From a virus, in the IMG/VR virus record IMGVR_UViG_3300045988_098562, positions 19,484 through 83,483 of that record: a stretch of DNA of 64,000 nucleotides; one strand, 5' to 3'. This document shows positions 29,298-38,514 of the stretch, one piece after another. The position numbers and the translations under genes are program-made. The notes under the pieces were generated by a model. It was given only the letters and a program-made list of their open reading frames with translations. It was not told where the DNA came from and did not search any database. How positions within the stretch are numbered: position 1 is the first letter of the stretch; every line of letters begins with the position of its first letter.

Positions 29298-29322
29298 TAA
29301 AATAAAATACTTTATATTATTT

Positions 29323-29514
29323 TCAGCATAAAAATTTGTAACCTGGTTTTACAGCTTCCGCTTCTTCTCTCGTATCAAACATTAAGGTAGTGACAGCTCC
29401 TATTCCTTCACAAACGTAAGACACTTTCACCCACCACCTAAAAATCCCAGAGCCGTAATCATCATAGTACGGCTCAGAAAGAATCTCCTCTACATACCCA
29501 TCCAAATAATTCAT
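29323..29514 (-). CDS. hypothetical small protein (63 aa)
   Basis: ATGA overlap with upstream gene. Confidence 0.4.
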   Translation of the reverse strand: MNYLDGYVEEILSEPYYDDYGSGIFRWWVKVSYVCEGIGAVTTLMFDTREEAEAVKPGYKFLC

Positions 29515-30233
29515 GATCGCTCCTCCTTGTTTTTAGATTCTGCTTCTTCGAGTATGCTGATCACCTTGTCAACAATATCCGAATCAGACATTTTCTCAAT
29601 AAAAACATCCATTGCCTTAGTTATGTCATTGGCTTCTTTTTCTTCAAGAGCTATTTCTCCACCGGTAATAGCATCAGATAATGATGTAGATAAGTGTCTT
29701 ATCTTATCAATGCTCATAAACGTAAATGGATTACCACCCCATCCACCACCCATTTCTTTCATGATCTGATATCCACCTGAAATAAGTCTGCCTGATGTCG
29801 TGGCCAAGGAGGATACGATTAGGGACAGTACCGCCGCTTCCGTCCGCTCCTCGGACACACCCCTCGACCACACGGCTGCCCTTATAGCGCCGGACAGGTC
29901 GTCTATGTATGGCATGAGGAAATCTTCCATCGCTTGTGTTATATCAGCTATAACCTCATTACGCTCTTTATTTATGTAGTAGATAGAAGCATTGTACCTC
30001 TTTATCTCTTTGTCCATATCATTTAAAAGACGCTTGATATTGTGCTTATACATAGGACCACCCTTAATCACTTCCTTTAGCTTAAGAATGTAATTATAAG
30101 CCTGGTCGTTTACGAACAACGTCATGGTCTCAACCGTTGAATGAAGCGTGTTAAGACTGTTAAGAATCTTATCGAAATTGTTTATCAAATAAGCTTTTCT
30201 GGCTTTTGCCGCGTAATTAATCATCGCATTCAA
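29511..30233 (-). CDS. hypothetical protein (240 aa)
   Basis: ORF track; coupled to neighbours. Confidence 0.55.
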   Translation of the reverse strand: MNAMINYAAKARKAYLINNFDKILNSLNTLHSTVETMTLFVNDQAYNYILKLKEVIKGGPMYKHNIKRLLNDMDKEIKRYNASIYYINKERNEVIADITQAMEDFLMPYIDDLSGAIRAAVWSRGVSEERTEAAVLSLIVSSLATTSGRLISGGYQIMKEMGGGWGGNPFTFMSIDKIRHLSTSLSDAITGGEIALEEKEANDITKAMDVFIEKMSDSDIVDKVISILEEAESKNKEERS

Positions 30234-30759
30234 ATTTTAGATTTTCAAGTTCGAGTATTTGTAACCTAAGAGACTTAATTAAATCCGTTCTCTGTTCCTC
30301 TGCATGTTTTAAAGCCTTTTCCTTGCTTTCAAAAGCACAATCCCCTATCTGATAAGGGGTGTAACGACCAGGAGTGTCGGCTAATAAAAGACCACCACAA
30401 TCTTCTATTCTGGCTTTTACCTTTCTTATTTTCCCATCTTTTAGACACATGTCCGTAACCCATACGAATTTACCATATAATTTATCATACTCTTCTAATC
30501 TCTCTTCTTGCAATTCATACCATTTAGGCTTAGGAAATCTTAATGTGAATTTAACCTCAGTATCTTTTTCTAAGACATTAATATCGTATGCTTCCGGCCA
30601 CAGCTCTTTTATGCTGTCTTCGTCTTCGGCATACGCTACAAGTATGAATGAATCATCGGATTCACCACTACACCAATATGGATATTTTATAGGCCATTTG
30701 ACTGGACGGCAGTCGTTATCGCAGTCGGATTTTTTAATGTAAAATCTTGTTCTAATCAT
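30217..30759 (-). CDS. hypothetical protein (180 aa)
   Basis: ORF track. Confidence 0.55.
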   Translation of the reverse strand: MIRTRFYIKKSDCDNDCRPVKWPIKYPYWCSGESDDSFILVAYAEDEDSIKELWPEAYDINVLEKDTEVKFTLRFPKPKWYELQEERLEEYDKLYGKFVWVTDMCLKDGKIRKVKARIEDCGGLLLADTPGRYTPYQIGDCAFESKEKALKHAEEQRTDLIKSLRLQILELENLKFECDD

Positions 30760-30848
30760 TATTCTTTTATTCTTTTAAGTATATGTTCAATCACTTTAAT
30801 AGTCCATCCGTTTCCCAACATCTTGTACTGTTGGGTTTCGCTGCATTC

Positions 30849-32009
30849 CTATTTATACCAATCTGGTACAGTCTGTAACCTGGAGCACTCTGTAGGGGTT
30901 AATCTTCTTATTCTGAAATCTCCATGTAATGCTCTCTGTATGATAAAATTGTTTCTATCATATGAATTACAAGATAATGTTGGAGCCTTATCTTCATGAA
31001 ATCCACCTTTGTTAAATCCTCTTGGTATTTGGAAAATAAGATTATCTTTCTGAACTGTTGTGAGACAATTGGTTTTTCCATCGTTTTTAAATTCAATCAT
31101 CTGAACTGTTTTAAGACCAGATTCTCTACATGTAGGTTTTTCTGGATTCCTGCCTCTCATTGCTACACAAATAAGATCGTACGTGTATTTACCCTTTACG
31201 GTAACAGTATTGGATTTTTCATCTTTTGTTTTAATATTAGCTCCATAACAATTTCCCTTGTCGTGATTTCTTTTCAAGTTAAAAGCTAAATTGTTTAAAA
31301 CTTTTTCAGATAAGTAATATTTTTCATCTACTTCATATTCAGATATATCACTTATGGTCAAACCCTCGTCTTTAGGCTGAGGGATAATGCCGCCTTGAAT
31401 ATTAGTCCAATAAATACGTTTCCTGGTTTGAGCGGAAACAAGCGCTGAATTAATATGATTGCCTTTACACCCTATAGCATTATCAAATACCGGCTCCCAT
31501 TTCTTTCCCATCTTAACGTTCTCAAGAAGAAACAACACATCGGGATTAGTTTTTCTTACATCATTCAAAATACGGATAAACTCCCAGAATAAGTAAGACT
31601 GACCGGAAAACTCAAATCCTTGTTTTTTTAATTCAAGATACTCATTAAGTGATTTGATTTCTATTCCTTCTACGGTAGACAACCCTTTTCTTTTTCCAGA
31701 AAAGGACATATCTGTACATGGGCTGCCGGCTAAAATAAGATCTATGTGTCCAAGATCTTCTACATTCAAATCCCTTACATCTCCTACTTGTATAGTATTA
31801 GGGAAATTTAATTGCGTTTGTTTAATAGCAAACTTATCTATTTCTGATGCATAATATACTTCAGGTGTAATCCCTATTTCTTTTAACGCTATTTGACCAC
31901 ATGACATTCCGTCAAATAAACTTAACACTCTCATGGCATTATACACATTTTTCAATTTTAATTGATTTTGATGATAGATACATATTCCATGTTCTTCTGC
32001 CTCTGTCAC
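30849..32009 (-). CDS. dcm: DNA (cytosine-5)-methyltransferase
   Basis: Motif I LFDGMSCG (FxGxG AdoMet site), motif IV GSPCTDMS (catalytic PC), motif VI LLENV; 386 aa typical size. Confidence 0.85.
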   Translation of the reverse strand: MTEAEEHGICIYHQNQLKLKNVYNAMRVLSLFDGMSCGQIALKEIGITPEVYYASEIDKFAIKQTQLNFPNTIQVGDVRDLNVEDLGHIDLILAGSPCTDMSFSGKRKGLSTVEGIEIKSLNEYLELKKQGFEFSGQSYLFWEFIRILNDVRKTNPDVLFLLENVKMGKKWEPVFDNAIGCKGNHINSALVSAQTRKRIYWTNIQGGIIPQPKDEGLTISDISEYEVDEKYYLSEKVLNNLAFNLKRNHDKGNCYGANIKTKDEKSNTVTVKGKYTYDLICVAMRGRNPEKPTCRESGLKTVQMIEFKNDGKTNCLTTVQKDNLIFQIPRGFNKGGFHEDKAPTLSCNSYDRNNFIIQRALHGDFRIRRLTPTECSRLQTVPDWYK

Positions 32010-32247
32010 CTTTTTCGTTTTGTTTTTGGATTGTCAAGTACAGATCTCCGTCTTCACATACTTCAACTTTTTTCAAGAAGCCTATCATTTCATCTCCTGT
32101 TTCGTGTAAAATACGGATCTTATCTCCTTCTTTTAACCCATAATTGGAATCAAAATATTCTTTTTTGATTCTATCAATATTGTCTTTATGATTTTTTATA
32201 GCATAAAGCTCGTTTCTTAATAAATAATTTAGTTGTTCTATTGTCAT
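31939..32247 (-). CDS. hypothetical protein (102 aa)
   Basis: ORF overlapping MTase start region. Confidence 0.45.
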   Translation of the reverse strand: MTIEQLNYLLRNELYAIKNHKDNIDRIKKEYFDSNYGLKEGDKIRILHETGDEMIGFLKKVEVCEDGDLYLTIQKQNEKGDRGRRTWNMYLSSKSIKIEKCV

Positions 32248-32801
32248 TTCTTTTCCTCCTTGTTTAATGGTATCAACCCTTTTCCATGCTTGTCATACCA
32301 CAGCATAGCTATACAGTTCCATGCACATTGTGCAAGATGAAAACATCCTGTATCTGAGTCTATTCTTTCCCCTTTCATGTATTCCATTAGGTGTCTGGCA
32401 GCCGCAGCACGATACCGTTCAAACCCGTTGTCAAGGTTCTGCCATTTATTGGGTCCGTACTTCTTTGCACCAGCATGATAGACTTTTACAATGTCCTCAA
32501 TCTCTTCCATTGGAAGTAAATCCCATCGTAGTTTATCGTCAATGATGTCATTTTTCACCGATTTGTTTTCTCTGGATACTTTGACAGGAATAATACCCAT
32601 AATGTCCGTTCCTACGATAAACGTCTCTCCATTGCAACAAACCTCAGCATATTCATCATCTACCTCTATGTCTGATACTGCCTCCACTATAGCTCCTCTG
32701 GCTATTTCTAATTCGGAACTGATTACATCACTTTCCAACATGCGAAAAATAGATCCTTTTGGATAAAGGATGTTTTTAGTATTATTGTCCATCTTTTCCA
32801 T
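32244..32801 (-). CDS. hypothetical protein (185 aa)
   Basis: ORF track; ATGA coupling. Confidence 0.55.
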   Translation of the reverse strand: MEKMDNNTKNILYPKGSIFRMLESDVISSELEIARGAIVEAVSDIEVDDEYAEVCCNGETFIVGTDIMGIIPVKVSRENKSVKNDIIDDKLRWDLLPMEEIEDIVKVYHAGAKKYGPNKWQNLDNGFERYRAAAARHLMEYMKGERIDSDTGCFHLAQCAWNCIAMLWYDKHGKGLIPLNKEEKK

Positions 32802-32853
32802 TGTTTTATCGTTGTTTTACCTCATTTCGATAGTAATATAATCCATCTTCGTC

Positions 32854-33141
32854 TTATACCCTATCATTTCTGTTTTTCTCAAAATACTGTTTTACGGCTT
32901 CAATCGCCTTATCGTCATCAAAAGCCTCTACAAACCCCTCATAGAATCTATTTCGCTCCATAGAGAACGTATTGCTTCCATCCGGAATGGTTCTGAACAC
33001 AACTACCTTCTCTCCATCTACGTTCGTTCCTATGATGTTGTTATGGAGAATAATAGAATACCGCCCAGAGTTTTTGTTCTGGACGACACTATGTTCGAGA
33101 TTGTAGAGTCTAAGTAGTTCTCTTATTTCTTTTACTCCCAT
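32854..33141 (-). CDS. hypothetical protein (95 aa)
   Basis: ORF track. Confidence 0.45.
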   Translation of the reverse strand: MGVKEIRELLRLYNLEHSVVQNKNSGRYSIILHNNIIGTNVDGEKVVVFRTIPDGSNTFSMERNRFYEGFVEAFDDDKAIEAVKQYFEKNRNDRV

Positions 33142-33142
33142 A

Positions 33143-33910
33143 TTATTTTACGTTTTTAGAAGTTACAGCCTCTTCTCCCCATTTCTTTACATATATAGAT
33201 CTCATCATGTTCATTAAATTAGAGAAAGAAGAGATGGTTCCCATCTCTATGCAGAATGCAAGATTAGACTGTAGGGTTTCAAGTTCTTTCAACTGCTCCT
33301 GTGTAGCCCTATTTCTTATCATGCTTTCATGCTCATTAAATACAATCCAATTTAAGCCTTTAGCCATCTTGGAGTAATCGGCATCCGGAAATCTTGATAT
33401 AGCTCTTGACAAGACATTGTATTTATCACCTGCCTCTATTCGGTTTAAGATAAGCTTATCTGTTAACCACGTAACAACCTCAGCATACAACATAGGGTTT
33501 AGTTCCATAGCTACAAGCACCCATATATATGGATTACACATAGTTCTCCTATTCTCTCCTCTACCCATTGTCTTATAAGCTCCCATTTTTTTCATCACTT
33601 TTATAAGTGACTCTTTTTCAACAGATTGTATAAAACCAGGAAATCCTGATTCTATCTTATATCCTTGTTTTTCAAGGATATAGTAAACACGTTCCGCACT
33701 CTCCTTATTAGATAGGATATTCTCTATTCTCTTTTCATTCCACCCCATCTCAACCCTCTTCTTCGTATAGGCTTCCTGAAGGTCTGTTAAGGACATAAAC
33801 GAAGTTTTAGTGTCCTGCTTAATTATTACGCCAAATAATTCTCGGTCTTTTGATACCATTGTAACATTTGTTTTAATAAAATATAACACATAAAAAATAA
33901 TACGATACAA
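33143..33910 (-). CDS. hypothetical protein (255 aa), possible DNA-binding/antirepressor-like
   Basis: ORF track; weak resemblance to KilA/ORF6-type phage regulators (not verifiable by eye). Confidence 0.5.
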   Translation of the reverse strand: MYRIIFYVLYFIKTNVTMVSKDRELFGVIIKQDTKTSFMSLTDLQEAYTKKRVEMGWNEKRIENILSNKESAERVYYILEKQGYKIESGFPGFIQSVEKESLIKVMKKMGAYKTMGRGENRRTMCNPYIWVLVAMELNPMLYAEVVTWLTDKLILNRIEAGDKYNVLSRAISRFPDADYSKMAKGLNWIVFNEHESMIRNRATQEQLKELETLQSNLAFCIEMGTISSFSNLMNMMRSIYVKKWGEEAVTSKNVK

Positions 33911-33974
33911 AAATATGTATCGTATTATATCTATACAAATATATTGTGTTAAATTTTATGATTATATTTTTACG

Positions 33975-34337
33975 TTATGCGCCTATGGCTGCCTCTAAAT
34001 TCCCTATAATACCAGTTTCTATGTCATTGATTTTATCATCAATGGTTGAAACCGCATTCTCTAAATCCCCTACAATACTTTCTATATCATCAACAACCGC
34101 CTCCATATTAGCTACAGCCTCATCTGATTGATAATATCTTTCTGTATCTTGTAACGACTCCGGCATATTATCTCTTGCTTCCGTCTCTTCGTCTAAAATC
34201 ATATCAACATCATCCTTGGCTGAATCCAGATTATGCCTAACCTCTGACAGCTTTGATTTGATAAACTCAAGATCTGTTTTATGCTTTTCCAAATTGGAAA
34301 TAATATCCTCTATTTTCTTACGTCTTTTGCTGTTCAT
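33975..34337 (-). CDS. coiled-coil protein (120 aa)
   Basis: Acidic heptad-like sequence; ATGA-coupled to helicase gene. Confidence 0.45.
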   Translation of the reverse strand: MNSKRRKKIEDIISNLEKHKTDLEFIKSKLSEVRHNLDSAKDDVDMILDEETEARDNMPESLQDTERYYQSDEAVANMEAVVDDIESIVGDLENAVSTIDDKINDIETGIIGNLEAAIGA

Positions 34338-35755
34338 GCTTTTATTCTATTATAGTATTCGATAATCTTTTCTTTTCTATCTCCTGGTTTTACCGCCATA
34401 TTCTCAGCCAGGAACCTAAAATATGAAACCGGTATGTCTTTGAATCTAATTCCTTCATATTTTCCAAACCACATTATTATACTGTCAAGATCATCTTCTC
34501 TCCTACCATCTCCATTTACGGATTTAAGAGAAGCTGCCCGGCGAAGGATTTCGTCTTTGGTAACAATATCCCCCATCCTTATATTGGACAGAAGTTGATC
34601 GCCGGCAAACATACACCATCCCTTAGAAGGAAATTGTTCGATCGTTAAATCTTCTATCCGGCCGAAACGCCTCATGTTGTCGCAGCAATCAACTATCAGC
34701 GCCTCTTTCTTGTCAGGGTGGATGCGAACGGCGCGGCCTAATATTTGGTAATACGTTGAATATGAGAACGTTGGGCGACCAAACATCACACAATCAAGTT
34801 CAGGAAAATCAAATCCGGTAGCAAGCGTTGAATAATTAAAAACCACCTTCAACCTACCTTCTTTGAAATCGGATATGATTTGTTCTCTTTTCTTTTTGGT
34901 TGTTAGCGATGTTACGACACCGGTTATGGCTCCCATCCTGGCATTCATGAACTCTGATATTCTATTACATGATTCGATAGAATCCATACAGACCAAAATG
35001 GCTTTACGTTCGTTCATAAATTGAAGAAGGCGCTTGTAGATAGAGTTGTTTAAGCCATTTCTTACAATACTTTCTTTAATAGATTCGTTGGTGTATTCAG
35101 CCCCGGTACTGTTTAGCATCAGAGCCGATTCATCAAACGACCATCGTTCGTACTTAAGTGGACACCAAAACCCTTGAGAAGTTAGTTCTTGTATTTGAGT
35201 CACATGAACTATTTTCTTGAAGAAGTTATGCTCGTCTTTCGTCAGCATATTGAGCTTGCTATAGTTTCCTTCCAGCATGGAACTGTAGGTTCGGAGGCGG
35301 CAGGGAGTGGCGGTGAAGCCCAGCACCTTCGCCTCTGGAAACCCGTTCATAAATTCCATAAATTCAGAACCTTCTTCAGGAGAATATCCTGAATGACATT
35401 CGTCTATCAATAAGGTATCTATCCCTATATCCTTCAACCTCGCTACATCTTTCTTTATGCTCTTTAATGTTGCATAAGTCATAGCCGACAGCTCCTTTAT
35501 ACCACATGAAGCAGAATATATAGTAGGTTTAGAACCGAATGATACGGCCTTTGCATAATTCTGCTCCAGAATCTCTTTTGAGGGCTGTAATACTAATGTC
35601 GGTCTATTTATTTCATGTGCTATCTTGGATATCAGAAGGCTCTTTCCACATCCGCATGGGGCTACGATTATGCCAGGCTTCTTAGATCTTCCTGTAAGAA
35701 ATTTAAGCCCGGCATCTACTGCTTCTTTTTGGTAAGGTCTAAGTTCAAAGCCCAT
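34334..35755 (-). CDS. SF2 DEAD/DEAH-box (DECH) DNA helicase
   Basis: Walker A APCGCGKS, motif II LIDECH, motif III GFTATP, motif VI QILGRAVR. Confidence 0.85.
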   Translation of the reverse strand: MGFELRPYQKEAVDAGLKFLTGRSKKPGIIVAPCGCGKSLLISKIAHEINRPTLVLQPSKEILEQNYAKAVSFGSKPTIYSASCGIKELSAMTYATLKSIKKDVARLKDIGIDTLLIDECHSGYSPEEGSEFMEFMNGFPEAKVLGFTATPCRLRTYSSMLEGNYSKLNMLTKDEHNFFKKIVHVTQIQELTSQGFWCPLKYERWSFDESALMLNSTGAEYTNESIKESIVRNGLNNSIYKRLLQFMNERKAILVCMDSIESCNRISEFMNARMGAITGVVTSLTTKKKREQIISDFKEGRLKVVFNYSTLATGFDFPELDCVMFGRPTFSYSTYYQILGRAVRIHPDKKEALIVDCCDNMRRFGRIEDLTIEQFPSKGWCMFAGDQLLSNIRMGDIVTKDEILRRAASLKSVNGDGRREDDLDSIIMWFGKYEGIRFKDIPVSYFRFLAENMAVKPGDRKEKIIEYYNRIKA

Positions 35756-36131
35756 CGCAATCTATTATATTATTTTTTGAAAGTTCTATTATCGCCTCTT
35801 TCAACATCTCCCTTGCTTTATTCTCATTATCTTCAAACAGGCATACACTGCATGTAGCACCTTTGGAGGGGTAGTCTCTGTAGGCTTCTGCTCTTTCTAC
35901 AACGTACTCACAACAATAGTCGTGACTCATGTCTTTTGCTATACTTATAAAATGATCTTCTCCATCCATCAATACGCAATATTCAGCATCGTTTTCGCAT
36001 GCAATAACACCTTTGTTTTTTAAAATGGATAGCACTTTATTTCCAAAAAGTCCAATATAGACCCATATACCTTTCCCTGCATTTTTGTAAAAAATATCCA
36101 TTCCTTCTTTGATTGTGACTTTCTTTTCCAT
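35745..36131 (-). CDS. hypothetical protein (128 aa)
   Basis: ORF overlapping helicase start. Confidence 0.5.
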   Translation of the reverse strand: MEKKVTIKEGMDIFYKNAGKGIWVYIGLFGNKVLSILKNKGVIACENDAEYCVLMDGEDHFISIAKDMSHDYCCEYVVERAEAYRDYPSKGATCSVCLFEDNENKAREMLKEAIIELSKNNIIDCDGL

Positions 36132-36137
36132 AATCCC

Positions 36138-36488
36138 TTATTTTATATCAGTAATTAAAACATATATTTTAGCAATATCTTCAAGACTCACAGAAGAACG
36201 TATATATAGTTTTTCTTCGTACTCATATAGAGCGTACCCTTCTTTTATGTCTAATATCTTAATCACATGCTTGCCTCTTTCAAATGGATTCTCAAAGTAG
36301 CTCTTATGTTTGTATCTTTGACCTACTTTTATTTTGTCAGTTTTCTTCTTCATCTTATAACGATCTATTGCTCTACCTGTTTTTATGAAAGCTGTCGTGA
36401 GTAAGTATAATAAAACTAAACACAAAAGGATCGCTACTCCACATATTAGATCTTCTTTCATTACACTCCTTTTAAATAGTTGAACCAT
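36138..36488 (-). CDS. small membrane-anchored protein (116 aa, N-terminal TM)
   Basis: Hydrophobic segment GVAILLCLVLLYLLTTAFI. Confidence 0.5.
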   Translation of the reverse strand: MVQLFKRSVMKEDLICGVAILLCLVLLYLLTTAFIKTGRAIDRYKMKKKTDKIKVGQRYKHKSYFENPFERGKHVIKILDIKEGYALYEYEEKLYIRSSVSLEDIAKIYVLITDIK

Positions 36489-36627
36489 ATATCCTCCAGC
36501 TTCTCCTGAATCTCAAACGCTTTCTTGAAATTCCCGCATCGTACAGCAACGTCTCTCATGTATGTCAAGTTTATAACTTCCGGATCTTGCCGGTATTTTG
36601 TTCTTAACTTTTGAACATCCTCGTATT

Positions 36628-37647
36628 TCATCGTTTTATCTTTTTAGACGGATCCCAATCCGAAGAGAAAGGACATTCGTTTTTGTTATGTAATCCAAAG
36701 TCACAATAATAACACAGTGCTGACGGGCAGGGCATCTTGTTTTTCGGAACAGGCTGGCTTAGGGTGGCGCGCCGCTTGCTATACCTGGCTCCTTCTTCCC
36801 CCTGGATGTACGCTTGAAATGATTTTACACTATTATCTTCAAAATCATACATTTTAGACAAAGTGTCATTTAGCATCTCTATAGATTTTGTTTTACGTTC
36901 CTCATCTACCTTAACCTTTTGGTACTGCCTGGTTCTGGTAAAGAAATAGATGTTCATATCTGGCAGAACTCCACCATATTTTCTATAGATGTAAAATGAA
37001 TATATAGGATGCTGTAAATTCGTTTCCAACTTCTTAGAATCAAAAATCTTATTCCCTGATTTCCAATCTATGACATAATGGTGAACTACGTTCTTGCTCT
37101 TTATAGCCAGATGAAGGTCTACCGATCCTACTATGTACACATGAGTATGAATTACTCCATTTATGTTAACAGGCTTAGGAAGACGGTACGGCAGCACAAA
37201 ATCTTCTTCGACTCCAACTATAGCGCTGTGTCTGATAAGTTTCTCGCAGGGATTAAGATCACTATCAGCTATCATAAACCTATTGCCGTCTTTTTTGAAC
37301 AGATCCACAATCCAAGCAAGAAGCTCCCCGGATTGCTTCATGGCTATCATCATATTTTCCGGTGATTGCCAAGGTATGTCTTCTTGGTAAGCATAGTAAC
37401 TTATAGCTTCCCCCAGGTCTTTTCCAGAAGGCTGTCTTCCGTTCTTAAAGAAGTATTCCAGTGTCTTATGGATAACCGTACCATAAGACGTAGCTTCTTG
37501 TTTTTCCGTAGACCTTTTGCCCTCTACGTAAGTCTTATACCATTTCATTGGACAAGTAAGAAACGTGTCTATCTGGGAATAAGATATGGCAAGACGTTTC
37601 ACGCCATTAAACTCCTTATATAGCAAATGCGTTTCCGGGACCATCAT
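36628..37647 (-). CDS. Cas4/RecB-family PD-(D/E)xK exonuclease with 4-Cys cluster
   Basis: N-terminal YSQIDTFLTCPMKWY, core VIDWKSG (D-x-K), C-terminal CPSALCYYCDFGLHNKNEC giving the Cas4-like Cys arrangement. Confidence 0.75.
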   Translation of the reverse strand: MMVPETHLLYKEFNGVKRLAISYSQIDTFLTCPMKWYKTYVEGKRSTEKQEATSYGTVIHKTLEYFFKNGRQPSGKDLGEAISYYAYQEDIPWQSPENMMIAMKQSGELLAWIVDLFKKDGNRFMIADSDLNPCEKLIRHSAIVGVEEDFVLPYRLPKPVNINGVIHTHVYIVGSVDLHLAIKSKNVVHHYVIDWKSGNKIFDSKKLETNLQHPIYSFYIYRKYGGVLPDMNIYFFTRTRQYQKVKVDEERKTKSIEMLNDTLSKMYDFEDNSVKSFQAYIQGEEGARYSKRRATLSQPVPKNKMPCPSALCYYCDFGLHNKNECPFSSDWDPSKKIKR

Positions 37648-37991
37648 AAGTCATTGTCTTTAAATCCTTCCGGGTAATATACGACATACTTCTTACCGTC
37701 CTCCGGCGTCATGGCGAACTGCATGTAGTTATTACGATTACGATGCTTGCCATCCAATCCTCGTTTCCAATACAGGATACCGTCTATATCCACATAAGAC
37801 CGTCCGCGTTCGGCTCTAACCACGTCCGTGTGTAGCAGATACCCGTCGGAAGACACGATCCACACTTTATCCCCTTTGTTTAAATAAGATATTCTTTTTC
37901 TTACAACAACCTTTTTCTTATTATCCAATACAAATTCCTCATCAGTCATACTCTTCATCCTCCTCTTCTTCTGTTTCAAAATCAATTCCAT
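37644..37991 (-). CDS. hypothetical protein (115 aa)
   Basis: ATGA-coupled to exonuclease; first gene after the 520-bp noncoding region. Confidence 0.5.
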   Translation of the reverse strand: MELILKQKKRRMKSMTDEEFVLDNKKKVVVRKRISYLNKGDKVWIVSSDGYLLHTDVVRAERGRSYVDIDGILYWKRGLDGKHRNRNNYMQFAMTPEDGKKYVVYYPEGFKDNDL

Positions 37992-38484
37992 ATCCCATAT
38001 TCTATTAAATATATTTAAAGCTATTCGTATGTTTTAATACATCCCCTCGGAGACCTTTCGGTCTCCTTGGTAGATGTAAATCCCGTTAGGGATAAGTCAG
38101 GATTTCTCCTGTAAGTACCCATCGCCAATGTTATTTAAGGTTTTGAATAAGCAACACTGTTCCTGAATACCAGAACTGTTTAATCACTTACCTTAGAGCT
38201 ACAGACTTGGGCAAACATCCGTAGGTAACTATCTATTCTTAAATAACGTAGCCTTTGTTTCAAGGCTTAGGCTAATAACCCGATCTCTTAAAGAGATGTA
38301 TTAAACTTTTATAATAGAATTATATTGGTTTAATACTATTTGGGGTTATAACACTGATCATAATGCTTGGTCAGTTCTTCTGGTTCTAAATCTTGTCCAA
38401 AATCCATGTTAAAAATATCGTAATTAGTAAAGCACTGTTCCTGCCGGCAGGAAATCTATGAATGCTGCTTTTATTTCTTCAATT

Positions 38485-38508
38485 AGGCCCAAGTGTAACC
38501 TTGGGCCA
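38485..38508 (-). terminator. putative terminator hairpin GGCCCAAG-loop-CTTGGGCC directly after flotillin stop
   Basis: 8-bp perfect stem 6 nt after stop; trailing sequence A/T-rich but not a clean U-run. Confidence 0.35.
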
Positions 38509-38514
38509 TTGTAT

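Noticed and set aside
30996-32168. Plus-strand ORFs 30996..31289, 31654..31854, 31901..32143 and 31962..32168 inside or next to the methyltransferase gene
   Set aside because: They are antisense to the well-supported Dcm and neighbouring - strand genes, with hydrophobic low-complexity translations.
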